DNA of 63,600 bases, the filler included, from Rhabdomonas costata (lineage: Eukaryota): assembly GCA_019059605.1 (NCBI GenBank). It is 45 parts of 45 records of this genome, joined end to end, with 100 filler letters (N's around TTAATTAATTAA, not from the genome) between each part and the next. Parts side by side here need not be neighbours in the genome. Positions count along the whole stretch, not along the records: positions 59,456 to 60,770 come from JAHMHO010019684.1; positions 60,871 to 62,185 come from JAHMHO010019685.1; positions 62,286 to 63,600 come from JAHMHO010019686.1; 42 more parts are not named here. One strand, 5' to 3'. Numbering within the stretch: the stretch's first letter is position 1; each line of letters opens with the position of its first letter. The translations under genes and the position numbers were made by a program. Shown one piece after another: positions 60,027-63,600 of this stretch. The notes below the pieces were generated by a model. The model did no database searches and had not been told where the DNA came from. It worked only from the letters and a program-made list of their open reading frames with translations.

Positions 60027-62930
60027 CTGACAGGAATAAAAAGGGCTCGAATGTGAGCGAGCGAGCAGATGAGCGAATGAGTGTCGGAGTGTTTGTGAAC
60101 GTTGAGTGAATGGCGGCAACCTCGGTCCTCTGGCTGTTCTATGTCAGATGTGCTTGTGACCTGTATACAGGGCCAGCATTGGTTGACAAGTTTGTCATGC
60201 AACCGGTTGTGGAAACCCAGGGTGCTTTCGGGGATGAACGTGTCTTCCGTAACAACCCAAACGGTGCCCTGCTAACTACACAAAAATTTGGGATCCCACT
60301 CGCAAGTATAGTCAAACATCAAGTGAGCTCACTGAAGCTGAGAACATTATTCACCGCCACAACGATTATCCATTTGGGAGCAGGTCCAAACACCCAGTTA
60401 ACGCAGTTCTCCCCAGAGTTGCAAGATTCTTTACAAGCTAGACATGCGTTTCTCTGAAATGGTATCACCTCATAGACTTCCCTCTGAGCCAGTAGCGCCT
60501 CTGCTGGCGTGGTGGAAGCTGAAGGCGATACACTGCTGCTACTGCTGCTGGTTGCAAGGGAGCTGCCGGAAGCGGGTCCAGTGTCCGCGGATTGCCCCTG
60601 AGTCCGCGGCGTATGCCCATCCGATGGTGAGGGTGCAGCGGCAGCAGACGCGCTGTGAACACGGACCACAAGCTCAAATCATTTCGGTTATACTCTGACT
60701 CTGACGAACGACAAACCAAAAGTTGCCCAACCTCTAACTTTGGGCAGAAAAGGACAACTCCCCAACAAACNNNNNNNNNNNNNNNNNNNNNNNNNNNNNN
60801 NNNNNNNNNNNNNNTTAATTAATTAANNNNNNNNNNNNNNNNNNNNNNNNNNNNNNNNNNNNNNNNNNNNGTGTTGTGTGTAATGCGCTGAAAGTTGGAA
60901 AGCAATGCAGACCAAGGACCAAGGAAGGTTGCGGGCGGGAGAGGCCGCCCTGTGGCAGACCTTGATTCGCTCATAACCACGGTGCTCCATGGCATACTCA
61001 TTGCTGCGCCCTAGCCATTCCCAAGGAACAGGCTTCGGGTGTCAATGGCGTGCCTCGCATGATGAGCAGTGAAGAACCCGATTGCATACGTATTACATGC
61101 TCGATACACGACACGACAACTATGCAAACAGAAGGCTCAAAAGATTGGGAACTGATGCTTTGCGGTGAACACAGGAAAAAAAAGCAAACGTGCAACGCAA
61201 ACCAAGCCAAGGACAAAAGCTGCATGCAATCTCGGGTAACATTGCAGGCTGTACGTTCTTTAATTCAGGACACCGAAAAAGAAAAGAAGGCGCCACAGTG
61301 GAGGATTCCAACTCTCCAAACTCATGTGGAGGGAAGCTCGTTTGGGCACCGGCTTTTATTTGGTTGGCGCGAGATCGGTACGTACCACCTAGCCTTAACT
61401 TCACACCACGAAAAGCGAAAGCGGCAGCTATTAAAAATCGGTTTGTGAAAAGTAATACGCAAATCGATTGAAAAAAAAATGTACCAAATCCCTCTATTTC
61501 AGTAATTGTACCCGGCACCGCGTTGCACTAGGTGAATTGAGTTTCCTAAACAGCAAACGGCGGCGGTTGTTCGGCTTTTTTCAAATCGAAGAAACACAGC
61601 CAGCCTCATAGCCTCAAGGCACTATGCATGTGCTTTCTCCAGTGGGAGCTGAGCCATCGGGAAAGACCACAATAGCTATACCATAAATGCCGACGTACAA
61701 CAGACAGGCCACGGCAGAGGGTGGATATGACCACCACACACAGCACAGCAGAACACACAGAAGACGCAGAGCAATGAAAAAGGGGATGAGAAAAAGCCAT
61801 GCAAACCACCGGAAGAAGATTATTACCTCACGTCCACGAAGGAGAGCTGCCCTGCCGAACAAACGAGCGAGAAGTTTCACTGATCGGCTCACTAATGTGG
61901 TGCTGCTGTAAGCACGGTATGGTGGTGCCAACGGGAGGACCACGCGCGCTGCTTTATCTGGAAGGAGGCTGTTCCGTACCTGACGGAGCCGAACCGTTGT
62001 CTCTCATCAGTCTGTACCCTGTAACGTATAAACTGGTGCCCTAATCTCAAATCATTCAAAAAATTCCGTTTTGCTTCACTTTCGGGTGGGACAAATGGGC
62101 ATCCTGTCGTGGGTACTAATAATGTTGCGCATCGACCCCCAAGCGACAACCAAACAATCGCCTTGTTGTGGATGGGAGGTAAGCGNNNNNNNNNNNNNNN
62201 NNNNNNNNNNNNNNNNNNNNNNNNNNNNNTTAATTAATTAANNNNNNNNNNNNNNNNNNNNNNNNNNNNNNNNNNNNNNNNNNNNGTGTGTGGGGGACTT
62301 CCTCCCTCCAGAAGGCTTCGAAGTTTCACCTGCTTCCTTTCCGCTGCTCGGGGTGCGCACAGGCTCACAGCTCAGCGGAGGCACCAAGGAACAAGTCAGT
62401 GCATCAATCGTTCTGCCGAACAAGTTGTGGTTCTTTTTGGAGGGGGAGGGGGGTGCATTTAACGTAACTGGCTTTCGCGAATCTTTTCCGAGTTGTCGTT
62501 GCTGGGCATTGGCAGACGAATTGGACAGGATTATTTTAGGTGACGGAGGCCAGTCCGCAGTCCAGGGCACGGCCGGAACGGGAGGAGAGCGATGTTCCGT
62601 TTAGCCCTGCTAAACGTTTTGGTAGTGCAGTGCCAAACGATTCTGCCGATATGTAAAGGAAGAGAGAACTGCATTTGGGGGTGATAAATGGGAGATAATT
62701 ACGATAGTTCGGGGAATGGGGGCAAGTTGGGGAAGATTGGTGGAGTTTTTTCCCCCAACCGGCTCCACCGCCCTGCAGGCCGCTGCTACAATAACAAAAG
62801 CTCAATCCCCAATGAATTCATACACCGCCAAGGCCACCCCTCCCAATCACCACCGGTACGAGAGTGCTGTACCAAAGGTGAAGTAACACAAAATATCGGT
62901 ACGCGGAGAGATGAACACACACACACACAC

Positions 62931-63031
62931 TTCGGATCATAGATCTTGTAGTGCTTTCGCAACTTGTACTCGTCGGTCTGGCGATAATTCATCAGCTCTT
63001 CGGAGGTCAAATTAAAGGTGGGGTCAGACAT
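62931..63031 (-). CDS. Probable first exon of an unknown protein
   Basis: MSDPTFNLTSEELMNYRQTDEYKLRKHYKIYDP | gtgtgt. Confidence 0.45.
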
Positions 63032-63600
63032 AGTGACTTTCTTCTTTTCCTAAGCACAACATTCAGAGGGGTTATCAAAAGGTACGGCTTTCAAAACAAT
63101 AGAAAAAGGACGGCTCGAGCTCGCAAAACAAGCGCGACAGTATGCCGCGGGTGAAATAATAGCGTCGTGGTACCATAGCACGCAACACTAAAAGGTGACC
63201 ATCATTCACCACGTGGTTGATCTCATTTGTCATTCAACGCCATTCATCCATGGACAGCCAATAAGTCGACATTGGATTAATGAACTGCCCACGATTTAAG
63301 GAATGCCAAGCAAGGGGGGCCAAAGCTTTCTTCCATCCCGTGCTGCAACCGCAAAAAAAAAAAAGCACCTGCGGGGGATGCCGAAGCGACCGGAGGCCGT
63401 GGCGCACGCGGCCCGTCAGCCCTTCCACGTCGTTCACACAGCTACGAATCTGCCCAGACAGGGGATGCATCATCGAGTCCGCATCACGAGTATAAAACCT
63501 TGGTCTGTCAAACTGGCACAAACGCAAGCCGAAGCAACTGACTAACCAAGGCTTGCGAAGTAGCGTGTGTGCGGAAGGAAGAGAGAATAAAAACCACAAA

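Noticed and set aside
1317-62285. Regularly spaced TTAATTAATTAA motif resembling a repeat array or CRISPR
   Set aside because: It is always embedded in 44+44 N and is an artificial six-frame-stop linker between contigs. ORFs that run into X or LIN are artefacts.
9669-63031. Functional gene clustering (e.g. cyclase, ARH and NACHT as a defence island)
   Set aside because: The genes lie on separate contigs that were concatenated arbitrarily, so linkage is not supported.

Overview
This window is not one locus. It is a pseudo-scaffold of 45 unrelated contigs of about 1.3 kb, joined by 44 artificial 100-nt spacers (44 N + TTAATTAATTAA + 44 N), so adjacency across spacers means nothing. Most contigs start with a G/T-only tract and end with a C/A-only tract, and five end in fold-back inverted repeats. 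Both patterns point to whole-genome amplification with K-degenerate primers, probably of single or few cells. The DNA comes from an intron-rich eukaryote, most likely a protist; euglenozoan affinity is suggested but not proven. Recognisable exons, mostly GT-AG spliced, include two kinesins, a GH47 mannosidase, an AFG2-like AAA ATPase, a NACHT NTPase, PI-PLC, a soluble adenylyl cyclase, an ADP-ribosylglycohydrolase, a bacterial-type MFS transporter, LRR, PUB, TSP1, an EB1-like CH domain, PPR/helical-repeat proteins and kinases. The main finding is contig 11338-12653. It appears to carry two extremely divergent, intronless, head-to-head mitochondrial complex I genes. The nad6-like gene aligns without gaps only after one base (plausibly U) is inserted. 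The internally shortened nad7-like frame stays open only if TGA is a sense codon. Also notable are a perfectly circularisable 1267-bp contig and a fossil of a Polinton/virophage-type packaging ATPase. All family assignments were made by eye from remembered motifs; no searches were run.
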